The position numbers were made by a program, and so were the translations under genes. A stretch of 64,000 nucleotides of DNA, taken from Candidatus Poriferisocius sp. (GTDB lineage: Bacteria > Actinomycetota > Acidimicrobiia > Acidimicrobiales > Bin134). The stretch is from the NCBI RefSeq assembly GCF_965204015.1, contig NZ_OZ241965.1, forward strand, positions 2,090,374 to 2,154,373, in the 5' to 3' direction. The notes under the pieces are model-generated. The model had not been told where the DNA came from, did not search any database, and saw only the letters and a list, made by a program, of their open reading frames with translations. Below, in pieces: positions 55,099 through 64,000 of this stretch (position 1 is its first letter; each line of letters opens with the position of its first letter).

Positions 55099-55953
55099 CT
55101 ATCCCCGGTGCCCGTACAGGCCGAGCGCCATTTCCTCGTCGGGGTTCATCTCGTAGCACTCTGCTGGTTCGGGGAAGGCCCCGGAGCGCACATCGGCCGC
55201 AAACCGAGCCAGGGCGTCCACTCCGTCGGAGTGCATGGTGGCGTAGCGGCGCACGAATCGGGGGAGCATCCGGGTCTCCAGCCCCAACACGTCGTGGAAC
55301 ACCAGCACTTGGCCGTCGCAGTGGCCGCCTGCGCCGATCCCGATGGTGGGCACGTCCACCGCATCGGTGATCATCTGGGCAACCGCGGCCGGCATCCCCT
55401 CCAAAACGATGGAGAAGCATCCAGCGTGAGCCAGCGCCTTGGCGTCGGCCACCAGGCCCAGCGCAGCCTCGCTGTCGCGCCCCTGCACTCGGAAGCCACC
55501 CTGGGCCAATACCGATTGGGGAGTCAGCCCCAGATGGCCCATGACCGGCACCTGGGCCGAAACGATGGCCTCGATCATCGGGACCCGCTCGGCCCCGCCT
55601 TCCAACTTCAGCGCCTGGGCCCCAGCCCGCACCAGCTTGGCCGCGTTGGTCACCGTGTCGGCCGTGGTCACGTGGTAGCTCATCCACGGCATGTCGGCCA
55701 CCACCATCGCCCTGGGGCGAGTGCGGGCCACGGCCGCAGTGTGGTGGGCCATCTCGTCGACGGTCACACTCATGGTGTCGTCGTGGCCCAGCACCACCAT
55801 GGCCACCGAGTCGCCCACCAAAATCAGGTCGGCACCTGCCTCATCGGCCATGCGAGCGCTGGGAGCGTCATAGGCGGTGAGCATGACCAATGGGTCGGCG
55901 CCCAGGCTTCGCTTGCGTTTGCTGATAGCCGGCGCGGTGAGCTTCGTGCCCAT
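55099..55953 (-). CDS. panB: 3-methyl-2-oxobutanoate hydroxymethyltransferase
   Basis: It carries 'LTAYDAPSARMADEAGADLILVGDS'. ATG 55953 is preceded by GGAAGGAG. The track start at 56310 is a run-on. Confidence 0.9.
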   Translation of the reverse strand: MGTKLTAPAISKRKRSLGADPLVMLTAYDAPSARMADEAGADLILVGDSVAMVVLGHDDTMSVTVDEMAHHTAAVARTRPRAMVVADMPWMSYHVTTADTVTNAAKLVRAGAQALKLEGGAERVPMIEAIVSAQVPVMGHLGLTPQSVLAQGGFRVQGRDSEAALGLVADAKALAHAGCFSIVLEGMPAAVAQMITDAVDVPTIGIGAGGHCDGQVLVFHDVLGLETRMLPRFVRRYATMHSDGVDALARFAADVRSGAFPEPAECYEMNPDEEMALGLYGHRG

Positions 55954-56062
55954 CGTTGTTCTCCTTCCCCGTCCAGCGCACTTCGGCTGCCGGCGGTCGC
56001 CCCTTACTCTAGCCCATCGTCTCAGCCATCGTGCCAACCCCTCGCCTGCATCAAGCTGGTGG

Positions 56063-57481
56063 ATGGCCGCTAACTTCGGGGCCATGGATGATTTGTTGGA
56101 TCGGATTGACGCAGTGGGGCTGGCCGATGCCATTCGGGCCGGGGAGGTGTCGGAGGCCGAGGTGCTCGACGCCACGATGGCCCGCATCGACGAGCGCAAC
56201 CCGGAGCTGAACGCCATCACCACCTTGGTAGAGCCTGAGCCAGCAGCCGAAGGGCGGCTTCGGGGGGTGCCGTTCGCCATCAAAGACCTGCACTTCGCGA
56301 TGCGGGGCACGGTGACAACCCACGGGTCGCGGTACTTCGCGGATGCCCCGATCGATGACCACGACGCCGAGGTGGTCCGCCGCTACCGTGAGGCAGGGCT
56401 GGTGCTGGTGGGTCGAACCAACTCCCCTGAGCTCGGCCTGTCCACCACCACCGAGCCCGCCCTGTTCGGCCCGTGCGCCAACCCGCTCGATCCCTCTCGC
56501 AGCGCGGGCGGCTCCAGCGGCGGGGCGTCGTCGGCGGTGGCTTCGGGGATGCTGACCGCGGCTCATGCCTCCGATGGGGGCGGCTCTATCCGGATTCCGT
56601 CGTCGGCCTGCGGGCTATTCGGGCTCAAGCCCAGTCGGGGCCGGGTCAGCTTCGGCCCTAATGCTGGGGAGGGGTGGAGCGGCTACTCCTGCACCCATGC
56701 CATCACCCGCACGGTGCGCGACAGCGCCGTGATGCTTGACGCCATCTCGGGGCTGGCCATCGGCGATCCCTATGTGGCGCCTGCGCCCGACACCACCTTC
56801 GAGGCTGCTATGGCGGTGCCGCCGCCCCCGCTGCGGATCGCGGTGTGGGACGGCTCGGCCGACGGTATTGAGATCGACGAGGTGGCCCGGGGGGCGTTGG
56901 ATGCCGCGGTGGCGCTGTGCGAGGAACTCGGCCACCACATTGAGGAGGCCGACCTGCCGATACGCCGGGGGATGGGCTCGCCGCAGGGGATCATCACCAC
57001 ATCGAACATCGCCGCGCTGATGGCCCGGCGCGAGGCAGCATGCGGGCGGCCTCCCGGCGAGGGCGATCTAGAGCCGCTGGCCGCCTCCATGGTGGCTCGG
57101 GGCGCTGACATATCGGGTCCCGATTATGCCCAGGCCGTGCTCGACAGCCACCTGATGGGTCGCAAGATGGGCCAGTACCACGCCTCGGGGATCGACCTAG
57201 TGCTCACCCCCACCCTGGCCCGGGTGCCGCCCCCACTGGGCGAGCTGATGGCTGACGCCGACGACGTGGCCACGTGGGGCGCCCGCCAGGGGGCCTACAG
57301 CCCGTTTTGCGCCATGGCCAACGCCACCGGCCAGCCGGCCATGTCGGTGCCCCTGCACTGGGACGACCGGGGGCTCACGGTGGGCAGCCACTTCCTCGCT
57401 CCCTACGGCGACGAGGCGCTGCTGCTCAGGCTGGCCGCCCAGTTGGAGCAGGCCCGCCCGTTCTGGCCCCAGCCCCGCTAG
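56063..57481 (+). CDS. amidase (amidase-signature family)
   Basis: It has the AS motif '[36 protein letters not shown]'. The start is ATG 56063 or 56084. Confidence 0.85.
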   Translation: MAANFGAMDDLLDRIDAVGLADAIRAGEVSEAEVLDATMARIDERNPELNAITTLVEPEPAAEGRLRGVPFAIKDLHFAMRGTVTTHGSRYFADAPIDDHDAEVVRRYREAGLVLVGRTNSPELGLSTTTEPALFGPCANPLDPSRSAGGSSGGASSAVASGMLTAAHASDGGGSIRIPSSACGLFGLKPSRGRVSFGPNAGEGWSGYSCTHAITRTVRDSAVMLDAISGLAIGDPYVAPAPDTTFEAAMAVPPPPLRIAVWDGSADGIEIDEVARGALDAAVALCEELGHHIEEADLPIRRGMGSPQGIITTSNIAALMARREAACGRPPGEGDLEPLAASMVARGADISGPDYAQAVLDSHLMGRKMGQYHASGIDLVLTPTLARVPPPLGELMADADDVATWGARQGAYSPFCAMANATGQPAMSVPLHWDDRGLTVGSHFLAPYGDEALLLRLAAQLEQARPFWPQPR

Positions 57482-57528
57482 CGCCTCCGCTCAGCGGGGC
57501 GAGGGGCAATCAGCAGGGCGATGGGAGG

Positions 57529-57966
57529 TCAGCAGGGTTGCAGCACGTAGCTCCGGAGAAGGTGGTTCCAGCGGCAGTCGGGGCACACCTCCACCTCGTA
57601 GCAGGTGAACCGGCCCTTGCGTTGGGCCAGCTTGGCGATCTCCGCGGCGTAGCTGATACAGCGGCCGTGGGCCGGTAACCGGGGACCGAACACGTACGAC
57701 ACCAGGGCCAGCTCGTCTCCCTGGCACACCGGGCACGGCTCGCCTGCCGGTGTGCCCACCTCCCGGCCAGCTCGCACAAGCTCCGGATGGGCATCACACA
57801 CATCGTCGGCCATCCGGGTGCCGCTCAAGAGCCGTTGCAGCACATGGGCTCGCACCAAGCGGTAATCCACCGTCGAGGCGGGCTCGGGCTGAACCCCTAC
57901 TGCTGCGGCCATCGAGTCGGCCATGGCGACAGAGTAGCCACATCTGTCAAGCGCGCGGTCGCTCAA
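57529..57966 (-). CDS. conserved zinc-ribbon-like protein (possibly the DUF5318 family)
   Basis: It has two CxxC pairs (CPVCQ and CPDC). It resembles the conserved actinobacterial protein found near the rpsF-dnaB block. This is from memory and unverified. Confidence 0.6.
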   Translation of the reverse strand: MSDRALDRCGYSVAMADSMAAAVGVQPEPASTVDYRLVRAHVLQRLLSGTRMADDVCDAHPELVRAGREVGTPAGEPCPVCQGDELALVSYVFGPRLPAHGRCISYAAEIAKLAQRKGRFTCYEVEVCPDCRWNHLLRSYVLQPC

Positions 57967-58021
57967 AGGGCCGACATGTTCCGTCGGTTTTCCGCTACAA
58001 TCCGGCGGCTTTGCTCATATC

Positions 58022-58039
58022 GCCGCATCGCGATTCGGC
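58022..58039. promoter_or_regulatory. imperfect 18-bp palindrome in a divergent intergenic region (candidate operator)
   Basis: GCCGCATCGCGATTCGGC is self-complementary at 16/18 positions. It is flanked by the direct repeats TCCGGCGGCT (58001-58010) and TTCGGCGGCT (58034-58043). A TACAAT hexamer lies at 57996-58001. Confidence 0.3.
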
Positions 58040-58095
58040 GGCTCTGACCCCCCGCAGCAAGGCCGTTTGCCTTCTGCGCCCACTACTGTGGGCCC

Positions 58096-58833
58096 ATGGC
58101 GTTCACCCCCACTGCTGAGAAGCTGATCCCCGATCTGTCCACCGCCGAGGAGCTGGTGCTGTTGGCCCGTTGCCTTTGGAGCGAGGGCTACAACGACCAC
58201 CTGGCCGGCCACATCACCGTCAACATGGGTGACGGCACGTTGATGTGCAACCCCTGGCTCGTCACCTGGGATGAGCTGCGCCCCAGCCAGGTCATCCTCA
58301 TCGACCTCGACGGCAACGTGGTGGAGGGCGACTGGCCGGTACCCCCCGGCATCCCCCTCCACCTGGAGCTGCACAAGCTGCGCCCGGGCGTGGCGTGGGC
58401 CATGCACAACCACCCCCTGTACGGCACGGTGTGGGCCGACATGGCCGAGGTGCCTCCGGCGATGGACCAGTCGTCGTCGCTGGGCGGAGGCGAGTTGGTG
58501 CTGGTAGACGAGTACGACGGTGCAGTCAACGACCCCAGCTCGGCTCGCAGCGCCTGCGTGAAGATGGGCGACGCCGAGCTGGCCCTGCTCGCCGGCCATG
58601 GCGTGTTCGTGTTGGGCAACTCGGCCCGGGCCGTGCACCAGCGAGCGGTTGCCCTTGAGCAGCGCTGCCAGCGGGCCTGGCACATCCGAGCGGCGGGCGG
58701 TGAGCTGTCGCCGGTGCTGCCCGACAGCTACGTGCAGATGATGAAGGGCAGCAAAGGCGACAACTTCATCGGCTTCTGGGAGGCGATGGTGCGAGCCGAG
58801 CTGCGCCGCGATCCCGACTTGTTGTCCGGCTGA
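58096..58833 (+). CDS. class II aldolase/adducin-head family protein
   Basis: It has the motifs 'LAGHITVN' and 'WAMHNHPLYG'. Confidence 0.85.
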   Translation: MAFTPTAEKLIPDLSTAEELVLLARCLWSEGYNDHLAGHITVNMGDGTLMCNPWLVTWDELRPSQVILIDLDGNVVEGDWPVPPGIPLHLELHKLRPGVAWAMHNHPLYGTVWADMAEVPPAMDQSSSLGGGELVLVDEYDGAVNDPSSARSACVKMGDAELALLAGHGVFVLGNSARAVHQRAVALEQRCQRAWHIRAAGGELSPVLPDSYVQMMKGSKGDNFIGFWEAMVRAELRRDPDLLSG

Positions 58834-58853
58834 TCGACCAAAACGCCAACACG

Positions 58854-61271
58854 ATGAGCGGCGCCCTCGACGGCATCAGAGTCCTCGACCTGTCCACTCG
58901 GATGGCCGAGGCCACCGGGAAGGCTCTGGCCGACCTGGGGGCCGAGGTGATCAAGGTGGAGCCCCCCGGAGGGTGTGATGCCCGCTCCACCCCGCCGTTC
59001 GCCCAAGACGGCCGCTCGCTGTTCTGGGAGGCGTGGGGCCTGGGCAAGCACAGCGTGGTGTGCGACATCGACAGCCCCGAGGGCCAGGGGCAGCTGCGGG
59101 CCATGGTGGCGGGAGCCGATGTGCTGGTGGAGTCATTCGCCCCCGGCTATCTGGCCGACCGCGGCCTCGGACCCGACGATCTGGCTGCGGTGAACCCCGC
59201 CCTGGTGTATGTGTCGGTGACCCCGTTCGGCTTCGGCACCCCTGATGCCGCGGTGCCCATGGTCGATTTGACCCTGTCGGCCGCGGGCGGGCTGTTGGGT
59301 ATGCAGGGCGACCACGACCGGGTACCCACTCCGGTGGGCTACCCCGAGACGTCGTTCCTCGGAGCCATGCAGGCCGCGGCCGACGCCGCGATGGCGCTGT
59401 GCGAGCGCGACCGCAGCGGTGTGGGCCAGCACCTCGACAGCTCGATTCAAGCCGCGGTGATGTGGTCGCTGATGTCGATCACCAGCTACGCCGCTTTGGG
59501 CCAGGACTTCCCCGGCCGAGGCGACGATCGGGCCGACGTGACCCACCCCGAGATCGTCCCCGGCGTGCGCATGCCGTTCATCGAACCCTGCGACGACGGA
59601 TTCGTGGGCATGACCCTGGTGCTGGGCGACCAGGGCAACCGGGGCATGAAGTCGCTCATGGCGTGGGTGATCGCCGAGGACGCCCTCGACGAAGACCTGT
59701 GCGAGGTGGACTGGGAGCGCTATCTCGAGCTGTTGGGCGACGGGACCTTGGCGCCGGCCGACGTCAATCGGGCCCTTGGCCAGATGCTTGATTTCATCAA
59801 GACCAAGACCCAGGCCGAGATCCAAGTGCACGCGGTGGCCGGCAAGATGCTGGTGGCCCCCTGCTACACCTCGGCCTATCTGGCCAGCGACCCCCAGCTG
59901 GCCGCCCGGGACTTCTGGGTGGAGGTGGAAGGCGCCACCCACGCCGGGCCGTTCGCCCGCCTGTCGGCCACCCCCATCGCCTACCGCCACCCAGCCCCCG
60001 CCCTAGGCCAGCACCAAGAGATACTGGAGAGCCTCGACCCCGTTGCTGAGCCGGAAGCCCCCAGTCGGGTGTGGGCGGCGCCCCGGGGCGCGCTGTTCGA
60101 GGGCCTGAAGGTGGCCGATCTGTCGTGGATCGCGGCCGGACCGCTCATCTCCAAAGACCTGGCCAATCTGGGCGCCACGGTGGTGCGGGTGGAAACCGAG
60201 GCCCGCCTCGACACCCTGCGCTGGATCCCCCCGCACCTGCCCCACGCCTCGCCCATGAGCGCTGGGCATCCCATGGCGAACATGAACCAGTCAAAGCTGG
60301 GCCTGGGGCTCAACTTCACCGTTCCCGAGGCCCAAGCGGTGATCGACCGGATGATCGCGTGGGCCGACGTGGTGGTGGAGAACTACACCCCCGGCACCGC
60401 CGACCGCCTCGGCTTCGGCTATGAGCACGTGGCGACCCTCAACCCCAAAGCGGTGATGCTCTCGAGCTGTATGAGGGGCCAGACCGGCCCTGAGGCCCGC
60501 CACACTGGCTTCGGGCTCCACGGCGCCTGTTTGGGCGGCTTCACCGCCATCACCGGTTGGCCCGACCGGGCGCCACTCGCCCCCTGGGGGGCCTACACCG
60601 ACTTCATCTCTCCCCGCTATGCCCTGTCGGCTCTCGGGGCGGCGCTGCACCACCGCAATCGCACGGGAGAGGGCCAGTACATCGACCTGTCTCAGATCGA
60701 AGCCTCGATCCACTTCCTGGCCCCGCTGGTGCTGGAGTACCGCGACAGCGGCCGGATTCGCACCCAGGCCGGGCTCAGCTCCGAGCGGGCTGCCCCCCAC
60801 GGCGTGTACCGCAGCGCCGGCATTGAGCGCTTCTGCGCGGTGGCCACCGAGACCGACGAGCAGTGGGAAGCGCTGTGCTCGGTGGTCCCCGGGCTGCAAA
60901 AGGTGGACAACCGATGGTCTGAAACGACGGCCGCAGATGAGATCTTGGCCGAGTGGTTCGCTCCCCGCGACGGCTTCGAGGCCGCCCAACAGCTCCGGGA
61001 CGCCGGCGTGCCCGCTTACGTGGCCCTGCGGGCCAGCGACTTCTACGCCGACCCCAACTTGGTGGCCCGGGAGTTCTTCATCGAACTCGACCACGGCGCC
61101 ATCGGCACCATGACCTTCGACGGCCCCGTCACCCTGTTCTCCGCCACCCCCGCCCGCCCCTGGCGGGCGGGACCCCTGGTCGGCGAGCACACCCAGCAGG
61201 TGATGTCGGACATTCTCGGCTTCTCCGACGACGAGATCACCGCGCTGGCCGCCACCGGCGCCCTGACCTAG
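58854..61271 (+). CDS. tandem-fused family III CoA-transferase (two CaiB/BaiF modules in one chain)
   Basis: Module 1 starts 'GIRVLDLSTRMAEATGKALADLGAEVIKVE'. Module 2 starts 'GLKVADLSWIAAGPLISKDLANLGATVVRVE'. The ORF is 805 aa. Confidence 0.85.
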   Translation: MSGALDGIRVLDLSTRMAEATGKALADLGAEVIKVEPPGGCDARSTPPFAQDGRSLFWEAWGLGKHSVVCDIDSPEGQGQLRAMVAGADVLVESFAPGYLADRGLGPDDLAAVNPALVYVSVTPFGFGTPDAAVPMVDLTLSAAGGLLGMQGDHDRVPTPVGYPETSFLGAMQAAADAAMALCERDRSGVGQHLDSSIQAAVMWSLMSITSYAALGQDFPGRGDDRADVTHPEIVPGVRMPFIEPCDDGFVGMTLVLGDQGNRGMKSLMAWVIAEDALDEDLCEVDWERYLELLGDGTLAPADVNRALGQMLDFIKTKTQAEIQVHAVAGKMLVAPCYTSAYLASDPQLAARDFWVEVEGATHAGPFARLSATPIAYRHPAPALGQHQEILESLDPVAEPEAPSRVWAAPRGALFEGLKVADLSWIAAGPLISKDLANLGATVVRVETEARLDTLRWIPPHLPHASPMSAGHPMANMNQSKLGLGLNFTVPEAQAVIDRMIAWADVVVENYTPGTADRLGFGYEHVATLNPKAVMLSSCMRGQTGPEARHTGFGLHGACLGGFTAITGWPDRAPLAPWGAYTDFISPRYALSALGAALHHRNRTGEGQYIDLSQIEASIHFLAPLVLEYRDSGRIRTQAGLSSERAAPHGVYRSAGIERFCAVATETDEQWEALCSVVPGLQKVDNRWSETTAADEILAEWFAPRDGFEAAQQLRDAGVPAYVALRASDFYADPNLVAREFFIELDHGAIGTMTFDGPVTLFSATPARPWRAGPLVGEHTQQVMSDILGFSDDEITALAATGALT

Positions 61272-61292
61272 TTGCCCGAAGGAGGCATACCT

Positions 61293-62168
61293 ATGACTGC
61301 CAGCGAGCCTGATCGGACCCCAGCCGACCGCTCGGTGTATGAGCGTTTGGCGCTGCATCTGCCCAACGACATTGGCATCGGCAGCGCGCTGATCACCATG
61401 GTGGAACCCCACGAGGGCCAGGAATACGAGTACAACCGCTGGTACGAAGACGACCACTTCTTCTCCGGGGCCATGCACGGCCCCTGGGTGTACGCCGGAC
61501 GGCGCTGGGTGGCCCCCCGGGCGTTGCGCGACCTGCGCCCCGCCGTGGACGAGCCCGCCTTCGATCCCCCCGACGCCGGCTGCTACATCTCGCTGTACTG
61601 GAGCACGCCGGGCCACGAGGACGACACCGAGCGGTGGAGCTTTCTGGCCATGGCCGAGGCCCTCATGCCCCACGGTCGGGGCTTCCCCCAGCGCGACCAC
61701 GTCTACACCGCCTTCCACCACTACCGATTCGGCGTCGTGCGCCCGGGCAGCGGCCCCATGAAGCCCCATTTGGCGCTGAACCACCCCTTCGCCGGGCTGG
61801 TGGTGGAAGTAGTGGACGCCGCCACCGTCGCCGATCAGGAAGCGCTCGAGCAGTGGCTGGCCCACGATCACCTGCCCTCGGTGATTCTGGGCTCGCCCGC
61901 GGTGATGTGTTTGGCGTTCGCCCCCCGGGAGTTCGCCCAGGGCCGCATCGAACAGCCCGGAACCCCGCCGGTGGCCCCCACCGCCAAAGTGGGCCAGCGC
62001 CTGTGCCTGCTGTGGTTCTTGGAACAGGATCCCGCCGAGGTGTTCCCCGCCGCCTTCGCCTCCCACCACGCCGCCCTCACCACCCACCCCCGCGCCTCCC
62101 TGGCCCTGTCGGCCCCATTCATCCCCACCGTCCCCGGCACCGACCTCTACGTCGACCAACTCCGCTGA
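61293..62168 (+). CDS. hypothetical protein
   Basis: ATG 61293 is preceded by GAAGGAGG. It is a 291-aa soluble protein with no family recognised by eye. Confidence 0.6.
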   Translation: MTASEPDRTPADRSVYERLALHLPNDIGIGSALITMVEPHEGQEYEYNRWYEDDHFFSGAMHGPWVYAGRRWVAPRALRDLRPAVDEPAFDPPDAGCYISLYWSTPGHEDDTERWSFLAMAEALMPHGRGFPQRDHVYTAFHHYRFGVVRPGSGPMKPHLALNHPFAGLVVEVVDAATVADQEALEQWLAHDHLPSVILGSPAVMCLAFAPREFAQGRIEQPGTPPVAPTAKVGQRLCLLWFLEQDPAEVFPAAFASHHAALTTHPRASLALSAPFIPTVPGTDLYVDQLR

Positions 62169-62207
62169 CTTCGAGCGCCATTACCGGCCCTCACTAACAT
62201 CGCTGGA

Positions 62208-64000
62208 GTGAGTGCCGAAACCCAAGCCCCCGAATCGTCCAGCAACGGCGACCAGGTAAAAACCCATTTGAGGACCTGTCCGCTGTGTGAGGCCATGTGC
62301 GGGATGGTGGTCAAGACCGAGGGCGAAAAGGTGCTGCCCCCCATCCGGCCAGACCGCGACGACGTGTGGAGCAAGGGCTTCATCTGCCCCAAGGGCACCA
62401 CGCTGGGCCACTTGCACGAGGATCCCGACCGGGTGCGCGTGCCGCTGGTCAAAGACGAGAACGGCACCTTCCAGGAGGCCACTTGGGAGGAGGCCTACGC
62501 CCGGTGCGAGGAGCTGCTCCACGGCGTGCGCGACGCCCACGGCACCGAGGCCATTACCTACTACATCGGCAACCCCGCGGCCCACAACTTCTCCATCAGC
62601 CGCTATGTGGGCGCGCTGGTGATGCTCTCGGGCGTGCAGATGGGTTATTCGGCGGGCACGGTGGATCAGTGGCCCAAGAACGTGTCGTCGCAGTGCATGT
62701 ACGGCAACTCCTGGACATTCCCCACCCCCGACATCATGCGCACCCAGTACCTGGTGGTGATGGGAGCCAATCCCCACGCCTCCCAGGGCAGCCTTCTGGC
62801 CTGCCCCGACGTGCTGGGCGAAATGGACAAGATCCGCGAGCGGGGCGGCAAGTGCGTGGTGGTGGACCCCCGCCGCACCGGCACCTGCGACCACGCCGAC
62901 GAGTGGGTGCCCATTACGCCCGGCACCGACGCCGCCTTCTTGCTGGCGCTGTGCCATGTGCTGTTCGACGAAGGCCTCGTCGAGCTGGGCACCATGGCCG
63001 GCCACGTGAACGGCCTCGACGAGGTTCGGGCCCTGGTGGCCGACTGGACACCGGAGATGGTGGAGGCCACCACCCAGGTGCCGGCTGAGACCACCCGCCG
63101 CTTGGCTCGGGAGATCGCCGCGGCCGACAGCGCCTGTGTGTACGGCCGTATCGGGCTGTGCAACCAGGAGTTCGGCACGCTGGCCTCCTGGCTCATCGAC
63201 GTGGTGAATTTGCTCACCGCCAACTTCGACGTGCCCGGCGGGATGATGTTCGGCAACCCCGTCGCCCCGGCCATGGCTACCCTCAACTTCGAGGAGCCCA
63301 AGGAGCCCGAGTTCGGCCGCTGGCACAGCCGGGTGCGGGGCGCCCCCGAGGTGCTGGGCCAGGTGCCGGTGTCGTGCTTGTCGGAGGAGATCATGACCCC
63401 CGGCGAAGGGCAATTGAAGGCGCTGGTGGTGGTGGCCGGCAACCCGGTGATCAGCTCGCCGGAGGCCGGTCGCCTCGACGAGGCCCTGCCCATGCTGGAT
63501 GCCATGATCTGCATCGACAACTGGGTCAACGCCACCACCCGCCACGCCGATGTGATCCTGCCCGGGCTGTCGCCGCTGGAGCAGCCCCACTGGGACGAGA
63601 TGATCTGGTCGTGGGCCGCCCGCACCGCGGGCAACTGGTCGGACCGGATCTTCGACTTCGGCGACCGCCCCGACGAGTGGGAGGTGCTGGTTCGGGTGGG
63701 CGCGCTGATGGGCGGCCAGTCCAACGACGACATCGACGAGAAGACCATCGACGACGGGTTCTTCTCCGGAATCTGCATGTTCTTCGGCCTCGATCCTGAG
63801 CACGTCCTGTCGCACTACGACGAGGGCGGCCCCGAGCGGATGACCGATCTCATGATCCGGGTGGGCCATCTGGGCGACCGCTACGGCGAGAATCCCGACG
63901 GGCTTACCCTTCAGGACTTCAAGGACAATCCCCACGGCCTGGACTTCGGGCCAATGGTGCCCCGCGTGCCCGAGATCCTCCACACCCCGTCGGGCAAGAT
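62208..64000 (+). CDS. molybdopterin-dependent oxidoreductase (formate-dehydrogenase-like alpha subunit), 3'-truncated by the window
   Basis: My own translation from GTG 62208 gives ...THLRTCPLCEAMCGMVV...GFICPKGTTLGH... (N-terminal 4Fe-4S Cys motif). It continues ...YLVVMGANPHASQGS...VVVDPRRTG...ITPGTDAAFLLAL... and stays open to nt 64000. It is absent from the ORF track because no stop lies in the window. Confidence 0.85.
   Translation, partial: MSAETQAPESSSNGDQVKTHLRTCPLCEAMCGMVVKTEGEKVLPPIRPDRDDVWSKGFICPKGTTLGHLHEDPDRVRVPLVKDENGTFQEATWEEAYARCEELLHGVRDAHGTEAITYYIGNPAAHNFSISRYVGALVMLSGVQMGYSAGTVDQWPKNVSSQCMYGNSWTFPTPDIMRTQYLVVMGANPHASQGSLLACPDVLGEMDKIRERGGKCVVVDPRRTGTCDHADEWVPITPGTDAAFLLALCHVLFDEGLVELGTMAGHVNGLDEVRALVADWTPEMVEATTQVPAETTRRLAREIAAADSACVYGRIGLCNQEFGTLASWLIDVVNLLTANFDVPGGMMFGNPVAPAMATLNFEEPKEPEFGRWHSRVRGAPEVLGQVPVSCLSEEIMTPGEGQLKALVVVAGNPVISSPEAGRLDEALPMLDAMICIDNWVNATTRHADVILPGLSPLEQPHWDEMIWSWAARTAGNWSDRIFDFGDRPDEWEVLVRVGALMGGQSNDDIDEKTIDDGFFSGICMFFGLDPEHVLSHYDEGGPERMTDLMIRVGHLGDRYGENPDGLTLQDFKDNPHGLDFGPMVPRVPEILHTPSGK

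Noticed and set aside
62181-63983. 600-aa minus-strand ORF
   Set aside because: It is antisense to a motif-rich molybdopterin oxidoreductase frame. Its product is low-complexity (G/H/V/A/R-rich), as expected for stop-poor antisense frames in high-G+C DNA.
1-64000. tRNA, rRNA, tmRNA, riboswitch, CRISPR, transposase or integrase genes
   Set aside because: None is recognisable by eye in the intergenic gaps, which are all 225 nt or shorter. A covariance-model scan (tRNAscan or Infernal) would be needed to exclude small RNAs formally.

Overview
This is a 64-kb high-G+C chromosomal segment that looks like Actinomycetota. The evidence is an rpsF-ssb-rpsR-rplI-dnaB block, a 1507-aa Lhr helicase, strong GC3 bias, and many ATGA/GTGA start-stop overlaps. 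The genus cannot be assigned from sequence alone.

Most of the window (about 5.7-14.4 kb, 16.8-46.2 kb and 58-64 kb) is a dense catabolic supercluster. It holds:
- five amidohydrolase_2-type genes
- two class II aldolases
- a VOC protein
- an arylsulfatase
- three cytochrome P450s, one with its own small ferredoxin
- two acyl-CoA dehydrogenases
- two enoyl-CoA hydratases
- two family III CoA-transferases, one a tandem fusion
- an intact plus a degenerate M24 pita-bread protein
- an APH-like kinase
- a 1003-aa beta-propeller lipoprotein
- two complete Liv-type ABC importers
- an amidase
- a molybdopterin oxidoreductase that runs off the right edge. The ORF track does not list it because it has no stop in the window.

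I see no recognisable transcription factor, tRNA, rRNA, CRISPR array, integrase or transposase.

Two visibly lower-G+C insertions are the best candidates for something undescribed:
1. 1-4.8 kb holds a possibly truncated large ORF, an SPPY beta-class DNA methyltransferase, and an overlapping HTH/PD-(D/E)XK nuclease. These are followed by a one-gene islet bracketed by a duplicated 3' end of the neighbouring dehydrogenase gene.
2. 14.4-16.8 kb holds a four-gene cassette of small and polytopic membrane proteins with no recognisable family. Two of them are paralogues that share a conserved upstream leader.

Other notable points:
- a RecA-NDp/PafBC-type promoter match abutting a probably leaderless lhr
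- a strongly G-depleted, rare-codon 3' portion of lhr containing an in-frame, compositionally different insert
- ribosomal protein S18 with an approximately 88-aa acidic tail
- tandem DNA repeats that encode the tethers of both ABC lipoproteins

All functional calls come from motifs read by eye. No database search was possible.
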